In this document: positions 1-9,747 of the stretch, piece by piece
Layout of the letters: every line of letters starts with the position of its first letter
How positions within the stretch are numbered: the first letter of the stretch is position 1
Source of the DNA: Burkholderiales bacterium
Lineage (GTDB): Bacteria; Pseudomonadota; Gammaproteobacteria; Burkholderiales; SG8-41
Length of the DNA: 57,329 nucleotides
Assembly (NCBI GenBank): GCA_022843705.1
Contig: JALHND010000004.1
Coordinates: 1 to 57,329 of the forward strand
Direction of reading: 5' to 3'
Made by a program: the position numbers and the translations under genes
The notes under the pieces: model-generated
What the model was told of the DNA's origin: nothing
The model's database searches: none
Seen by the model: the letters and a program-made list of their open reading frames with translations, nothing else

Positions 1-354
1 GTCGCGCTGAACACGGGCTTTGACCGCGAGACCACCGACCTGCTGCTCGATGCGCTGCGCTGGCGCGAGGGCGTGGTCGATGCCGTGGTCTGCGGCGATG
101 AGGTGGCTCAAGGCCGACCGGCGCCGTACATGATTTTCCGCTGCATGGAGGCGACCGGCGTCGTCAACCTGCGCTGTGTGGCCAATGCCGGCGATACCGT
201 GCTTGATCTGCAGGCGGGGCACAACGCCGGCGTCGCGCTGAATATCGGCGTGTTGTCCGGTGCCCACGGCCGCGACCAGATGCAGCCGCATCCGCATACC
301 CATCTCCTCGAGAGCGTGGCGGCCATTCCGGAGTTGCTGGCCCGTCGTCGTTAG
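1..354 (+). CDS. HAD-superfamily hydrolase (phosphonatase-like subgroup), C-terminal part; 5' end outside window
   Basis: Frame +1 is open from nt 1 to TAG 352-354. The translation contains VVCGDEVAQGRPAPYMIF and AGDTVLDLQAGHNAGV, typical of the C-terminal motifs of HAD-IA hydrolases. Codons are G/C-ending. Confidence 0.7.
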   Translation, partial: VALNTGFDRETTDLLLDALRWREGVVDAVVCGDEVAQGRPAPYMIFRCMEATGVVNLRCVANAGDTVLDLQAGHNAGVALNIGVLSGAHGRDQMQPHPHTHLLESVAAIPELLARRR

Positions 355-467
355 GCGACAGCAGCATCAGCGCCGTCCTTGGCTGTACTCCGGGCGGGCG
401 GCTCCGCGTTATACCGGTGCCATCTGCACGCTTGAACTTTTGTGATCGTCCCCGGCCCAACTGCCGC

Positions 468-1304
468 ATGCGTCTCCTCTCCCTGCTGATCCTGCTGTTG
501 CCGGCAATGTTGCCGGCCCACGCGACGACCGACGTCAAGGCGAAACCGTCGGCTGCCGCGGCAAAAAAACCTGCAGCCGCCGCAAAAAAATCCTGGCCGG
601 CCCAGCCTCTTCCCGTACTGCCGGCGGCGGTGACGGCCACCGCTGAGGGGCAGGCGGGTTATGTGCATTACTGGCTGATCACCGCGCCGGACGGCGAACA
701 GGAAATCCAGGTCGGCATCGAATTGCCGGACCAGCGCATCGCCTGGTCCTTTCCCGGGCTCGGCGTGCACGTCGCGGACTTTGTCGCCGATGGCGAGGTC
801 GATGTCCGGGGCCGGCCGTTCAAGGTGCAGCATCTCTACGGCCTGCGGCCCTATGCCAATGAGGCGGCGATGCGCACGCTGCGCAGTAACCTGATGCGCC
901 GGGTCACGCCGCTGGTCCGCCAGCGTGTGCCTTACTGCGAACTCAATGGTATGACCGCGGAACTGTGCATGAGCTGCATGGGTTTCGTGTCGCAGATCCT
1001 GTTTCCGGGACGGACGCCCGAGTACGCGAATTTTCCGCGCAACTTCCCGCGCATTGCCGGCGAGGACTATCACACCACCGAGGACTTGTTGCTGTACCTT
1101 GCGGGACTGCATGTCCTTCCCAACGAGGCGGCGCGCAAGCGGCGGATGGCGGCGATCGGCGGGCCGCCGGCGCTGCAGGAGGAACTGGTCCGGCTGGCGC
1201 AGCAGCTGGATACTGCCCCCGCAACCGTGGCTGCGCGCGTGAAAACACCCGCGAAGCGGCCGGTCCGCGCGGCGCCCAAAACCGCCATCCGGCGCGCAGG
1301 TTGA
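468..1304 (+). CDS. Secreted hypothetical protein, paralog A of a tandem pair (unrecognised family)
   Basis: ATG at 468 gives the signal peptide MRLLSLLILLLPAMLPAHA, followed by an Ala/Lys/Pro-rich linker. A core of about 190 aa (GYVHYWLITAPDGEQEIQVGIELP ... VQHLYGLRPYA ... ELCMSCMGFVSQILFPG ... TEDLLLYLAGLHVLPNEAARKRR ... GGPPALQEEL) is shared with the next gene. The tail is basic. Confidence 0.75.
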   Translation: MRLLSLLILLLPAMLPAHATTDVKAKPSAAAAKKPAAAAKKSWPAQPLPVLPAAVTATAEGQAGYVHYWLITAPDGEQEIQVGIELPDQRIAWSFPGLGVHVADFVADGEVDVRGRPFKVQHLYGLRPYANEAAMRTLRSNLMRRVTPLVRQRVPYCELNGMTAELCMSCMGFVSQILFPGRTPEYANFPRNFPRIAGEDYHTTEDLLLYLAGLHVLPNEAARKRRMAAIGGPPALQEELVRLAQQLDTAPATVAARVKTPAKRPVRAAPKTAIRRAG

Positions 1305-1402
1305 ACACGCGGTAGCTCCAGTGTCGTCGCCGATGTGCGACAAACAAAAATATAGTCAGGCCGCGGTACGCGTTTTGCCGCGGGCGGCGTTACAGCCGGA
1401 TC

Positions 1403-2320
1403 ATGATCATTTCCCGCCTGTTCAGGCGTCCCGTTTCCGCCCGTTTCAGTCAGCGCAGCTCAATCGCCCTCCTGATCCTTGCAACATCGATCCTCTGCGG
1501 GATGCCGCCGGCACAGGCAAGTTCCCGCAGCACGGTAGCCACCTTGTCGCCGGTGGCTGTGGCAGCCCGTGCCAAGCCGCGCGCCGTGCCGGCACGGTCA
1601 CCGGCGGCCGAAGTGGTGAAGGCACTGCCCGTGGTGACGGCAACCGGCATCGGCCAGACCGGTTATGTGCATTACTGGGTGATCACCGCGCCTGACGGCG
1701 AGGAGGAAATCCAGGTCGGCATTGAATTGCCCGGCGGCCGCGTTGCCTGGGCGTTTCCGGAACTCGGGGTCCAGGTCGTGCCCTTCATCGCGGCAGGCGC
1801 GGTCGATGCGCGGGGCCAGCGTTTCCGGGTGCAGCACCTGTACGGCATCCGCCCTTTTGCCGACGATGCGGCGATGCGTGCATTTCGTGAGCAGGTCGAG
1901 CACCGCGTGGCGTACTGGGTCGATAATGAAACGGCCTATTGTTACAGCGGCACCCGGGAACGCGAGATCTGCCTGAGCTGCATGGGCCTGGTGATGCAGC
2001 TGCTGTTTCCGGGGAAAACGCCGGCCCATCCTGCCATTCCGCAGGGTTTCCCGCGCATCGGTGGTGACCTGCAATACAGCACCGAAGACCTGTTGTTGTA
2101 CCTGACCCGCCTGCACCTGCTGCCGGACGAAGCGGCGCGCCGCCAGCGCATCACGACCCTGGGCGGGCCGCCGGCCTTGCAGGAGGAACTGACCCGCCTG
2201 TCGGCGCAGCTGGCCGATGAGCGTACGCCGGTGGCCGATGCCGTGAAGTCCCCGCTGAAACGTCGCATCAGCGTGCGTCCGCCGGCACCAAAGCCGCTGG
2301 TGCGACGGCCGGCCGGCTGA
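1403..2320 (+). CDS. Secreted hypothetical protein, paralog B of a tandem pair (unrecognised family)
   Basis: N-terminal hydrophobic signal (IALLILATSILCGMPPAQA). The same conserved core as 468-1304 is present (GYVHYWVITAPDGEEEIQVGIELP ... VQHLYGIRPFA ... EICLSCMGLVMQLLFPG ... TEDLLLYLTRLHLLPDEAARRQR ... GGPPALQEEL). Confidence 0.75.
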   Translation: MIISRLFRRPVSARFSQRSSIALLILATSILCGMPPAQASSRSTVATLSPVAVAARAKPRAVPARSPAAEVVKALPVVTATGIGQTGYVHYWVITAPDGEEEIQVGIELPGGRVAWAFPELGVQVVPFIAAGAVDARGQRFRVQHLYGIRPFADDAAMRAFREQVEHRVAYWVDNETAYCYSGTREREICLSCMGLVMQLLFPGKTPAHPAIPQGFPRIGGDLQYSTEDLLLYLTRLHLLPDEAARRQRITTLGGPPALQEELTRLSAQLADERTPVADAVKSPLKRRISVRPPAPKPLVRRPAG

Positions 2321-2330
2321 CGGCCTGGAT

Positions 2331-3062
2331 CTAGAAACTTTCGTCGTCGCGCAGGTAGCGCCACTGTCCGACCGGCAGGTCACCGAGCATGACCCTGCCG
2401 ATGCGTACCCGCTTCAGGCCGGTCACGGTCAGTCCCACCAGTTCGCACATGCGGCGGATCTGGCGCTTCTTGCCCTGGCGCAGCACAAAACGCAGCTGGT
2501 CGCGGTTCTGCCATGACACCTTGGCCGGACGCAGGGCCTCGCCGTCGAGGCTCAGGCCGTGATTCAGTTTGGCCAGGCCCTCGGCGTTGAGCCGGCCCGT
2601 CACCCGTACCAGGTATTCCTTTTCGACCCGCGAGTTTTCACCGATCAGCTGCTTGGCGATGCGCCCGTCCTGGGTCAGCACCAGCAGACCGGTGGAGTCG
2701 ATGTCGAGACGTCCGGCCGGGGCGAGGCCGCGCAGATGCTGGGGGCCGAAGCGCAGTGTGCTGCGGTCACCGCTGTAGTGGTTGTCTGCAATGACCAGGG
2801 TGGATGCCGGCTTGTAGTTTTTTTCCGCCTGGCCCGATACGAATCCCACGGGTTTGTGCAGCAATATCGTGACCCGCGCCTCCTGCCGGTCGCGTGCCGC
2901 CGCCGCCAGCGTGATGGTCTGGGTCGGCAGGATGCGGGTGCCCAGTTCGGTGACCGGCAGGCCGTCGACCAGCACCCAGCCGCGCTCGATATAACTGTCG
3001 GCTTCGCGCCTGGAACAGAGGCCCTGTTCCGACATCAGTTTGGAGAGGCGGATCTTTTCCAT
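2331..3062 (-). CDS. S4-domain pseudouridine synthase (RsuA/RluF family)
   Basis: [34 protein letters not shown] is an S4 RNA-binding domain. [17 protein letters not shown] is the catalytic-Asp motif of RsuA/RluB/E/F-type synthases. I use the ATG at 3062, because the longer ORF would start with TTG at 3089. Confidence 0.85.
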   Translation of the reverse strand: MEKIRLSKLMSEQGLCSRREADSYIERGWVLVDGLPVTELGTRILPTQTITLAAAARDRQEARVTILLHKPVGFVSGQAEKNYKPASTLVIADNHYSGDRSTLRFGPQHLRGLAPAGRLDIDSTGLLVLTQDGRIAKQLIGENSRVEKEYLVRVTGRLNAEGLAKLNHGLSLDGEALRPAKVSWQNRDQLRFVLRQGKKRQIRRMCELVGLTVTGLKRVRIGRVMLGDLPVGQWRYLRDDESF

Positions 3063-3091
3063 GTCAGGGCAGCAGTTTTGCTGCAACAAGC

Positions 3092-3135
3092 AGTATTATT
3101 ATAAGTGTTTGTTTTTATTGATATTTTTATTATGC
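3092..3135 (-). repeat. AT-rich module copy (between the hemL stop and the pseudouridine synthase start)
   Basis: The reverse complement reads GCATAATAAAAATATCAATAAAAACAAACACTTATAATAATACT. TATAAT lies 35 nt upstream of the ATG at 3062. Confidence 0.65.
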
Positions 3136-3141
3136 TGCGGA

Positions 3142-4419
3142 TCAAAGTGCAGCAAAGACCTTGGCCGCAGCCTTGACCGTGCGCTCGATTTCCGCGGTGC
3201 CATGGGCAGCAGAGACGAAGCCGGCCTCGTACGCTGAGGGTGCGAAGTAGATGCCCTCGGCCAGCATCGCATGGAAAAAGCGGTTGAAGGCGTCCTTGTC
3301 ACATTGCATCACCTCGGCGTACGAGGTCGGCGGTGTTTCGCGGAAATAGAGGCCGAACATGCCGCCGACGTTGCGCGCCGAAAACGGGATGCGCCGGGCC
3401 TGGGCCGCTTCGGCAAGACCGCTGCACAGCTGGTGCGTGGCGGCAGCGAGCCGGTCGTGGAAGCCCGGTGCCTGGATCAGTTGCAGCGTGGCGAGCCCGG
3501 CGGCGACGGCTACCGGGTTGCCGGACAGGGTGCCGGCCTGGTACACCGGCCCCACCGGCGCCAGGCATTGCATGATGTCGCGGCGTCCGCCGAAGGCCCC
3601 CACCGGCAGGCCGCCGCCGATGACCTTGCCCAGCGTGGTCAGGTCAGGTTTGATGTCATACAGTGCCTGCGCGCCGCCGAGCGCAACACGAAAGCCGGTC
3701 ATCACCTCGTCAAAAATCAGCACGGCGCCATGCTGCGTGCACAACCGGCGCAGCAACTCGAGGAATCCGGGGCGCGGCGCAACCAGGTTCATGTTGCCGG
3801 CGACGGGTTCGACGATCACTGCAGCAATTTCACCGCCTTCGCGCGCAAAGGCCGCTTCCAGACCGGCCGGGTCGTTGTAGTCCAGCACCAGCGTGTGTGC
3901 TGCGGTTTCGGCAGGTACTCCCGCCGATGAGGGTTGGCCAAAGGTCAGGGCGCCCGAGCCGGCCTTGACCAGCAGCGAGTCGGCATGGCCGTGGTAGCAG
4001 CCTTCGAACTTGATGATCCTACTGCGCCCGGTAAAGCCGCGGGCGAGCCGGATCGCGCTCATCGTGGCTTCGGTGCCGGAGCTGACCAGGCGGACCTGTT
4101 CCAGCGAGGGCACCAGCCGGCGCAGCAGATCGGCCATTTCGACCTCGGCTTCGGTGGGTGCACCGAAGGACAGGCCCCGTTCGGCCGCCTGCTGCACGGC
4201 CTTCACCACGTCAGGGTGGGCGTGGCCGCAGATCAGCGGCCCCCAGGAACCGACATAGTCGATGTAGCTGTTGCCATCGGCATCCCACACCAGCGCACCC
4301 TTGCCGCGCTGGAAAAACAGCGGCGTGCCGCCGACGGACTTGAAGGCGCGCACGGGAGAATTGACGCCGCCGGGGATGGTCAGCTGGGCATGGTTAAACA
4401 GCTTCTGGCTTTTTTTCAT
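3142..4419 (-). CDS. hemL: Glutamate-1-semialdehyde 2,1-aminomutase
   Basis: Full-length match to HemL signatures ([31 protein letters not shown], class-III aminotransferase PLP region FDEVMTGFR ... TLGKVIGGG). Confidence 0.95.
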   Translation of the reverse strand: MKKSQKLFNHAQLTIPGGVNSPVRAFKSVGGTPLFFQRGKGALVWDADGNSYIDYVGSWGPLICGHAHPDVVKAVQQAAERGLSFGAPTEAEVEMADLLRRLVPSLEQVRLVSSGTEATMSAIRLARGFTGRSRIIKFEGCYHGHADSLLVKAGSGALTFGQPSSAGVPAETAAHTLVLDYNDPAGLEAAFAREGGEIAAVIVEPVAGNMNLVAPRPGFLELLRRLCTQHGAVLIFDEVMTGFRVALGGAQALYDIKPDLTTLGKVIGGGLPVGAFGGRRDIMQCLAPVGPVYQAGTLSGNPVAVAAGLATLQLIQAPGFHDRLAAATHQLCSGLAEAAQARRIPFSARNVGGMFGLYFRETPPTSYAEVMQCDKDAFNRFFHAMLAEGIYFAPSAYEAGFVSAAHGTAEIERTVKAAAKVFAAL

Positions 4420-5044
4420 GACGGGTTTCGAACAAGGTCTGGAAGTTGCGGGCGGCGACGGTGATGTTGTCCGCCGCGAACACCGCGGAAATCACGGCCA
4501 CCGCGTCCACTCCGGCAGCCAGCAATTGTGGCGCATTCTGCGGCGTGATGCCGCCGATGGCCACCACCGGCACCGCGAAGCGCTGTTTGGCGCGGCTGAC
4601 CAGGTCAAGCGGCGGACGCACGGCCCCGGGTTTGACGGTGGAGGGGAAAAAGCTGCCGAAGGCGATGTGGTCGGCGCCCGCGGCAATCGCCGCTGCGGCG
4701 AGTTCGATGCGGTCGTAGCAGGAGGCGCCGAGCAGCCGCTGCGGGCCCAGTCTCGCGCGGGCCGCGGCAATGTCGCCGTCGTCGCCGCCGAGATGCAGTC
4801 CGGCCGCGTTGCATTCGAGGGCGAGTTCGAGGTGGTCGTTGATGATCAGCGGCACGCCGGAGTCCCTGCACAAGGCCTGCAGGGCGCGGGCTTGCACGCT
4901 GCGCTGCGCCGGCGTTGCGATCTTGTTGCGGTACTGCAATACCCTGACGCCGCCGGCAAGGGCTGCGCGCACGCGGCGCAGCAGTTCCCCCGTGTCGGCG
5001 AGGTCGGGCGTGATTGCGTAGAGGCCTGCAATCCGCGCGTTCAC
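4394..5044 (-). CDS. thiE: Thiamine-phosphate synthase
   Basis: LYAITPD ... VLQYRNK ... [10 protein letters not shown] ... GASCY ... ADHIAFG ... VVAIGGI are typical ThiE motifs. The gene overlaps thiD by 4 nt and the hemL start by 26 nt. Confidence 0.9.
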   Translation of the reverse strand: MNARIAGLYAITPDLADTGELLRRVRAALAGGVRVLQYRNKIATPAQRSVQARALQALCRDSGVPLIINDHLELALECNAAGLHLGGDDGDIAAARARLGPQRLLGASCYDRIELAAAAIAAGADHIAFGSFFPSTVKPGAVRPPLDLVSRAKQRFAVPVVAIGGITPQNAPQLLAAGVDAVAVISAVFAADNITVAARNFQTLFETRHEKKPEAV

Positions 5045-5892
5045 GCCTGCGGCTCGCCGTCGCTTTCGGGGGTGCCGGAAGTGTCGTCTTCCCGCGCCCA
5101 GAACAGCCGGTCGGGGATGTGCTGGCCCATGCCGGGGCGAAACGCGAGTTTCAGCGACTGCCAGGTATATTCCTGCGCATCGCGCACGGCTTCCTGCATG
5201 TCGACGCCGTTGGCGATGGTGGCCGCCAGGGCCGAGGCCAGTGTGCAGCCCGAGCCGTGAAAACTCCCGGGCAGGCGCGGCCAGCTGTCGCTGCGCACCA
5301 CGCCGTCGCTGTTGTACAGCGTGTTGGTGACATCACCGGTATGTTCGTGGGTGCCGGTGATCAGCACGTACTCGCAGCCGGATTCGAGGATGCGCCGCGC
5401 GCATTCCGCCAGATCAGGATTGTCATTGTCATCGCTGTCATCCGCAGCGAGCCGGCGCGCCTCGATGCTGTTGGGCGTGACAATGGTGGTCTGCGGAATC
5501 AGCAGTTCGCGGATCGCGGCAAGCATTTCCTCGGAAGCCAGCTCGTCGCCGCGGCCCGAGGCCAGCACGGGATCGAGGATCAGCGGGATTTCCGGGTAGT
5601 CCGACACCACTTCGGCCACCGCGGCGATCGCCTCCAGGCTGCCGAGCACGCCGACCTTGAAGGCCGCAACCGGCATGTCTTCAAGGATGCAGCGTGCCTG
5701 GTCGGCCACCCATTCGCCGTCGATCGGCTGCACGGCATCGACACCGGTGGTGTCCTGGATGGTGATCGCGGTGACCACCGATACCGGATGGCAGCCCATG
5801 CTGGCGAGCGTCATGATGTCGGCCTGCAGGCCGGCGCCGCCGGTGGGATCGGTGGCTGCAAAAACCATGACAATGGGCGGTGAGTCAGTCAT
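5041..5892 (-). CDS. thiD: Hydroxymethylpyrimidine/phosphomethylpyrimidine kinase
   Basis: ATDPTGGAGLQADI ... VKVGVLGS ... LDPVLASG ... HGSGCTLASAL are ThiD (ribokinase-fold) signatures. Confidence 0.9.
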   Translation of the reverse strand: MTDSPPIVMVFAATDPTGGAGLQADIMTLASMGCHPVSVVTAITIQDTTGVDAVQPIDGEWVADQARCILEDMPVAAFKVGVLGSLEAIAAVAEVVSDYPEIPLILDPVLASGRGDELASEEMLAAIRELLIPQTTIVTPNSIEARRLAADDSDDNDNPDLAECARRILESGCEYVLITGTHEHTGDVTNTLYNSDGVVRSDSWPRLPGSFHGSGCTLASALAATIANGVDMQEAVRDAQEYTWQSLKLAFRPGMGQHIPDRLFWAREDDTSGTPESDGEPQA

Positions 5893-5993
5893 GCGCGGAG
5901 TTCCGGCGCGGGGATTGGGGCGCGGTGGGGGGATCAGCTAGAATGTCGAGGCGATTGTAGCTTAATAAACCAGAAGTCACCCAGAAGACGCTG

Positions 5994-6179
5994 ATGACCA
6001 CCGATAACGGGCAGTACCGTAAATACATGTGTTTGATCTGCGGCTATATCTATGACGAGGCTGCCGGTGTTCCGGACGAAGGCATCGCCGCGGGCACCAA
6101 GTGGGAAGACGTGCCGATGAACTGGACCTGTCCGGAGTGCGGCGCGCGCAAGGAAGATTTCGAGATGGTGCAGATCTGA
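5994..6179 (+). CDS. Rubredoxin
   Basis: 61 aa with the two CxxCG knuckles ([10 protein letters not shown] and [11 protein letters not shown]) and the WEDVP motif. Confidence 0.92.
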   Translation: MTTDNGQYRKYMCLICGYIYDEAAGVPDEGIAAGTKWEDVPMNWTCPECGARKEDFEMVQI

Positions 6180-6192
6180 GGCGGCGCGCGCG

Positions 6193-6585
6193 ATGAGACT
6201 ACTGCATACCATGATCCGTGTCGGCGACCTGCAGCGCTCGATCGACTTCTACACCCAGGTGCTGGGCATGAAACTGCTGCGGAAGACCGATTATCCCGGC
6301 GGCCGTTTCACCAATGCCTTTGTCGGCTACGACGATGAGTCGCGCACCGCAGTGCTCGAGCTGACGCACAACTGGGACACGAAGTCCTATGACATGGGCA
6401 GCGGTTTCGGCCATGTCGCGGTGGAGGTCGAGGACGCCTACAAGACCTGCGACGAGGTGAAAAAACGCGGCGGCAGGGTCACCCGCGAGCCGGGACCGAT
6501 GAAACACGGCACCACGGTCATCGCTTTTGTCGAAGACCCGGACGGCTACAAGATCGAGTTCGTGCAGCGCAAGACGGCCGCCTGA
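6193..6585 (+). CDS. gloA: Lactoylglutathione lyase (glyoxalase I)
   Basis: [20 protein letters not shown] ... LELTHNW ... GFGHVAVEV ... [14 protein letters not shown] closely resembles E. coli-type GloA. Confidence 0.92.
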   Translation: MRLLHTMIRVGDLQRSIDFYTQVLGMKLLRKTDYPGGRFTNAFVGYDDESRTAVLELTHNWDTKSYDMGSGFGHVAVEVEDAYKTCDEVKKRGGRVTREPGPMKHGTTVIAFVEDPDGYKIEFVQRKTAA

Positions 6586-6588
6586 GTT

Positions 6589-7380
6589 TCAGGCCGGCGC
6601 CGCGACGGCGTCGGCAATACGCACGAAATCAGCGACGGCAAGTTCCTGTGCCCGCGCGCCGGCATCGATGCCGAGCTGAGCGAGCTGTTCCGCGGTAACC
6701 ATGCCCTTCAGCGTGTTGCGCAGGGTCTTGCGGCGCTGGCCGAAGGCGCGGGCGACGACTTCCGCCAGCATGCCCTCGTCGCGCGCAGGGTGCGGCAGTG
6801 TCGTGAACGGCATCAGCCGCACCACGGCCGAGTCGACCTTCGGCGCCGGCTCGAAGGACTCCGGCGGCACGTCGATCAGCTTTTCCATGTCAAAGCGGTA
6901 CTGCAGCATCACCGACAGCCGGCTGAATTCGGCATCGCCCGGCGCGGCGACCATGCGTTCGACCACTTCCTTCTGCAGCATCACGTGGATGTCGCGGATG
7001 CGGCCGGCGAATGCGGCGAGGCGGAACAGCAGCGGCGTGGAGATGTTGTAGGGCAGATTGCCGACCACGCGCAGGCTTTCCCCCAGTGCCGTGAAATCGA
7101 ATTCCAGCACGTCGCCCTCGTGGATCAGCAGCTGTTCCGGGTCGTGGAGTCCGCGCAGCCGCGCGATCAGGTCGCGGTCGATTTCGATGACATGCAGGCG
7201 GTCCAGCCGTTCGAGCAGCGGCGTGGTGAGTGCGCCGAGGCCGGGGCCGATTTCCACAAGATTGTCTCTGCGCTGCGGCCGGACGGCCTCGATGATGCCG
7301 GCGATGATGCCGTCGTCGACCAGGAAATTCTGGCCGAACCGTTTCCGCGGAATGTGCCGGGGTGTCGTGCGCCCGCTCAT
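6589..7380 (-). CDS. rsmA: 16S rRNA (adenine1518/1519-N6)-dimethyltransferase
   Basis: [12 protein letters not shown] ... [11 protein letters not shown] ... [10 protein letters not shown] are KsgA/RsmA motifs. The gene follows pdxA with a 4-nt overlap, as in the classical operon. Confidence 0.93.
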   Translation of the reverse strand: MSGRTTPRHIPRKRFGQNFLVDDGIIAGIIEAVRPQRRDNLVEIGPGLGALTTPLLERLDRLHVIEIDRDLIARLRGLHDPEQLLIHEGDVLEFDFTALGESLRVVGNLPYNISTPLLFRLAAFAGRIRDIHVMLQKEVVERMVAAPGDAEFSRLSVMLQYRFDMEKLIDVPPESFEPAPKVDSAVVRLMPFTTLPHPARDEGMLAEVVARAFGQRRKTLRNTLKGMVTAEQLAQLGIDAGARAQELAVADFVRIADAVAAPA

Positions 7381-8369
7381 GCGGCGCGCCGGCTGCGCAG
7401 CGCCAGTTCGGCCGCGAGCTCGACTGCCGCCACCAGGCTTTCGCAGCTGGCCCTGCCGCTGCCGGCGAGTTCCAGCGCGGTGCCGTGGTCGACCGAGGTG
7501 CGGATGACCGGCAGGCCGAGCGTGATGTTGATGCCGCCGCCGAAACTCGCGTACTTGAGCACCGGCAGGCCCTGGTCGTGGTACATCGCCAGCACGCAGT
7601 CGCAGTGTTTCAGTTTTTCCGGCTGGAACAGCGTGTCGGCGGGCAGCGGGCCCTCGAGTGCGTAACCTTCAGCGCGCAGGCGATCGAGCACCGGCGTGAT
7701 GATGTCGATGTCCTCGCGGCCGAGATGCCCCGATTCCCCGGCGTGCGGGTTGAGCCCGGCAACGAGGATGCGCGGCCTGGTGATGGCGAAGCGGGTGACC
7801 AGGTCGCCGTGCAGCACCCGCAGCGTGCGCTCCAGCCCTTCGCGGGTGATCGCGGCGGCGACGTCCCGCAGCGGCAGGTGGGTGGTGGCCAGCGCGACGC
7901 GCATGCCGCCGCCGGCGAGCATCATCACCACCTGCGGTGCTCCCAGCCTGTCAGCGAGGAACTCGGTATGGCCGGTGAAGGCGATGCCGGCGTCGTTGAT
8001 GACGGCCTTGTGCACCGGTGCCGTCGCCATCGCGTCAAACCGGCCGTCGCGGCAGCCGTCGGCGGCGATTTCGAGGGTGCGCAGCACATAGGGACTGTTG
8101 GCCGGGTCGAGGAGCCCCGGTCGCGCAGGCCGGGCCAGCGGCACATGAAGCACGGAAAAACCGGCGGAATCGGCGGGGCCGTTCCAGTGCGGCAATACCG
8201 AACCCGGCCTGAGGGTCCGTTCCCGCAGCAACTGCTCGTCGGCGATGAACACCACCCGTGCCGGCAGTTTGCGCCGGGCCAGCATCATGCAAAGCTCCGG
8301 GCCGATGCCCGCGGGTTCACCGGCAGTGACGGCGACCAGCGGGGTGAGAGGCTGCCCGGCGGGGTTCAT
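7377..8369 (-). CDS. pdxA: 4-hydroxythreonine-4-phosphate dehydrogenase
   Basis: [13 protein letters not shown] ... TGHTEFLA ... AGLNPHAGE ... [12 protein letters not shown] ... TSVDHGTA are PdxA signatures. Confidence 0.93.
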   Translation of the reverse strand: MNPAGQPLTPLVAVTAGEPAGIGPELCMMLARRKLPARVVFIADEQLLRERTLRPGSVLPHWNGPADSAGFSVLHVPLARPARPGLLDPANSPYVLRTLEIAADGCRDGRFDAMATAPVHKAVINDAGIAFTGHTEFLADRLGAPQVVMMLAGGGMRVALATTHLPLRDVAAAITREGLERTLRVLHGDLVTRFAITRPRILVAGLNPHAGESGHLGREDIDIITPVLDRLRAEGYALEGPLPADTLFQPEKLKHCDCVLAMYHDQGLPVLKYASFGGGINITLGLPVIRTSVDHGTALELAGSGRASCESLVAAVELAAELALRSRRAA

Positions 8370-8384
8370 GGCGTGCGCGGGGCT

Positions 8385-9698
8385 TTATCTTTCTTCAAGG
8401 CGCTGCTCCACGTACGCGCTGTCGCGCAGCTGGCGCACCCATTCCTGATAGGCCTCGTCGGTTTTTCGTTCGCGCAGCGCCTGGCGCGCGTTCATGCGCT
8501 GCCCTTCGCGGGTCATGTCCTGGCTGCGGCGTTCCAGCACTTCGATCACGTGCCAGCCGAAAGGGCTGCGCACCGGGGCGCTGATTTCGCCGGGCTTCAG
8601 CGCATTCATTGCCTGCTCGAACTCGGGCACGGTGTCGCCGGCATTGAGCCAGCCGAGGTCGCCGCCGCGCGAGGCACTGCTGTCCTCGGAATTGGCGCGC
8701 GCCAGCTCGCCGAAATCGGCCTTGTTGTCGAGCCGTTCCTTCAGCGCCAGCAGGCGGTTGCGGGCCTCGGTTTCGGACACCAGCTCGTTGGTCTTGATCA
8801 GGATGTGGCGGGCTCGGGTCTGCTGGACCATGATCGGCGCCTGCCCGCCGCGGCGTTCGTTGAGGCGGAGGATGTGGAAGCCGTTGGGGCTGCGCAGCAG
8901 GTCGGTCAGCTGGCCGGCCTGCAGCGGGCGCAGGGCTTCGAGAAACAGCGTGGGCAGCCGTTCGCTCTCCCGCCAGCCGAGCAGGCCACCCTGCAGCGCC
9001 TCCGGCGCGTCGGAAAATGCCGCTGCGACCTGGCGGAAATCAGCGCCGCCCTTGAGCTGCGCCAGCGCCTGCTCCGCCCGGGCGCGTCGCGTCTGCAGCT
9101 GCTCCGGCGAGGCGTTTTCCGGCACCGACACCAGCACGTGCGACACGTTGAATTCGTCGCCGCGCCCCGGCTGCGCCTGCTGGCTCTGGATGAAATTGTC
9201 GATCTCGGATTCGGTGATGACGATTTTCTGCGCGACTTCGCGTTCACGCAGCCGCGCCAGCGTGATTTCGCCGCGGATGTCCTCGCGGAATTTGTCGAAA
9301 GGCACGCCATCCCGCTCCAGAGTGGCGCGCAATTGCGCCGGCGAGAGCTTGTTGTCCGCGGCGATGCGCTCCAGTGCCTTGTCGAGCTCGGCATCATCGA
9401 CGCGCAGGCCGATGTTCCGCGCATGCTGCATCTGCACCCGGTCACCGATCAGGCGTTCGAGCAGCTGGCGTTCGATGACTTCGCGCGGCGGCGGCGGGGT
9501 GCCCTGCTGGCGCAGCTGCCGGAACGCGAAATCGACGCGGGCGGCGAGCTCCTGCCGGGTGATGATTTCGTCGTTGACGACGGCCACGATGCCGTCGATG
9601 GTGACGATGGCGCGCGGTTTGGCGGTCTGCGCGTGGGCCGCCGGTGCGGCGGCCAGCAAGGCAGTGCAAAACAGGAACAGTGAAAATCGCAGTTGCAT
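8385..9698 (-). CDS. surA: Periplasmic chaperone / peptidyl-prolyl isomerase SurA
   Basis: Signal peptide MQLRFSLFLFCTALLAAAPAAHA. An N-terminal SurA domain is followed by two parvulin domains (ARHILIK ... GGDLGW ... GWHIIEV-type motifs). The gene sits in lptD-surA-pdxA-rsmA synteny. The start is set at the ATG that begins the signal peptide. Confidence 0.9.
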   Translation of the reverse strand: MQLRFSLFLFCTALLAAAPAAHAQTAKPRAIVTIDGIVAVVNDEIITRQELAARVDFAFRQLRQQGTPPPPREVIERQLLERLIGDRVQMQHARNIGLRVDDAELDKALERIAADNKLSPAQLRATLERDGVPFDKFREDIRGEITLARLREREVAQKIVITESEIDNFIQSQQAQPGRGDEFNVSHVLVSVPENASPEQLQTRRARAEQALAQLKGGADFRQVAAAFSDAPEALQGGLLGWRESERLPTLFLEALRPLQAGQLTDLLRSPNGFHILRLNERRGGQAPIMVQQTRARHILIKTNELVSETEARNRLLALKERLDNKADFGELARANSEDSSASRGGDLGWLNAGDTVPEFEQAMNALKPGEISAPVRSPFGWHVIEVLERRSQDMTREGQRMNARQALRERKTDEAYQEWVRQLRDSAYVEQRLEER

Positions 9699-9747
9699 GT
9701 TGAATCCAGGGGGGTCAGGTTGTTCGGCGTGTTCCCGCCGGGCCGGG

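Noticed and set aside
5893-5993. TPP (THI-box) riboswitch upstream of thiD-thiE
   Set aside because: The minus-strand leader lacks the conserved CTGAGA and ACCTGATCTGGATAATGCCAGCG-type elements, and I see no convincing THI-box fold.
7362-9683. 773-aa plus-strand ORF opposite pdxA and surA. Similar long antisense ORFs occur at 28479-30689, 19519-21309, 13722-15479, 18344-19978, 5014-5883, 35473-36672 and 49006-50484.
   Set aside because: All are antisense to genes with strong homology-type motifs, all have Arg/Gly/Ala/His-rich composition, and none has domain signatures. They are judged GC-driven shadow ORFs.
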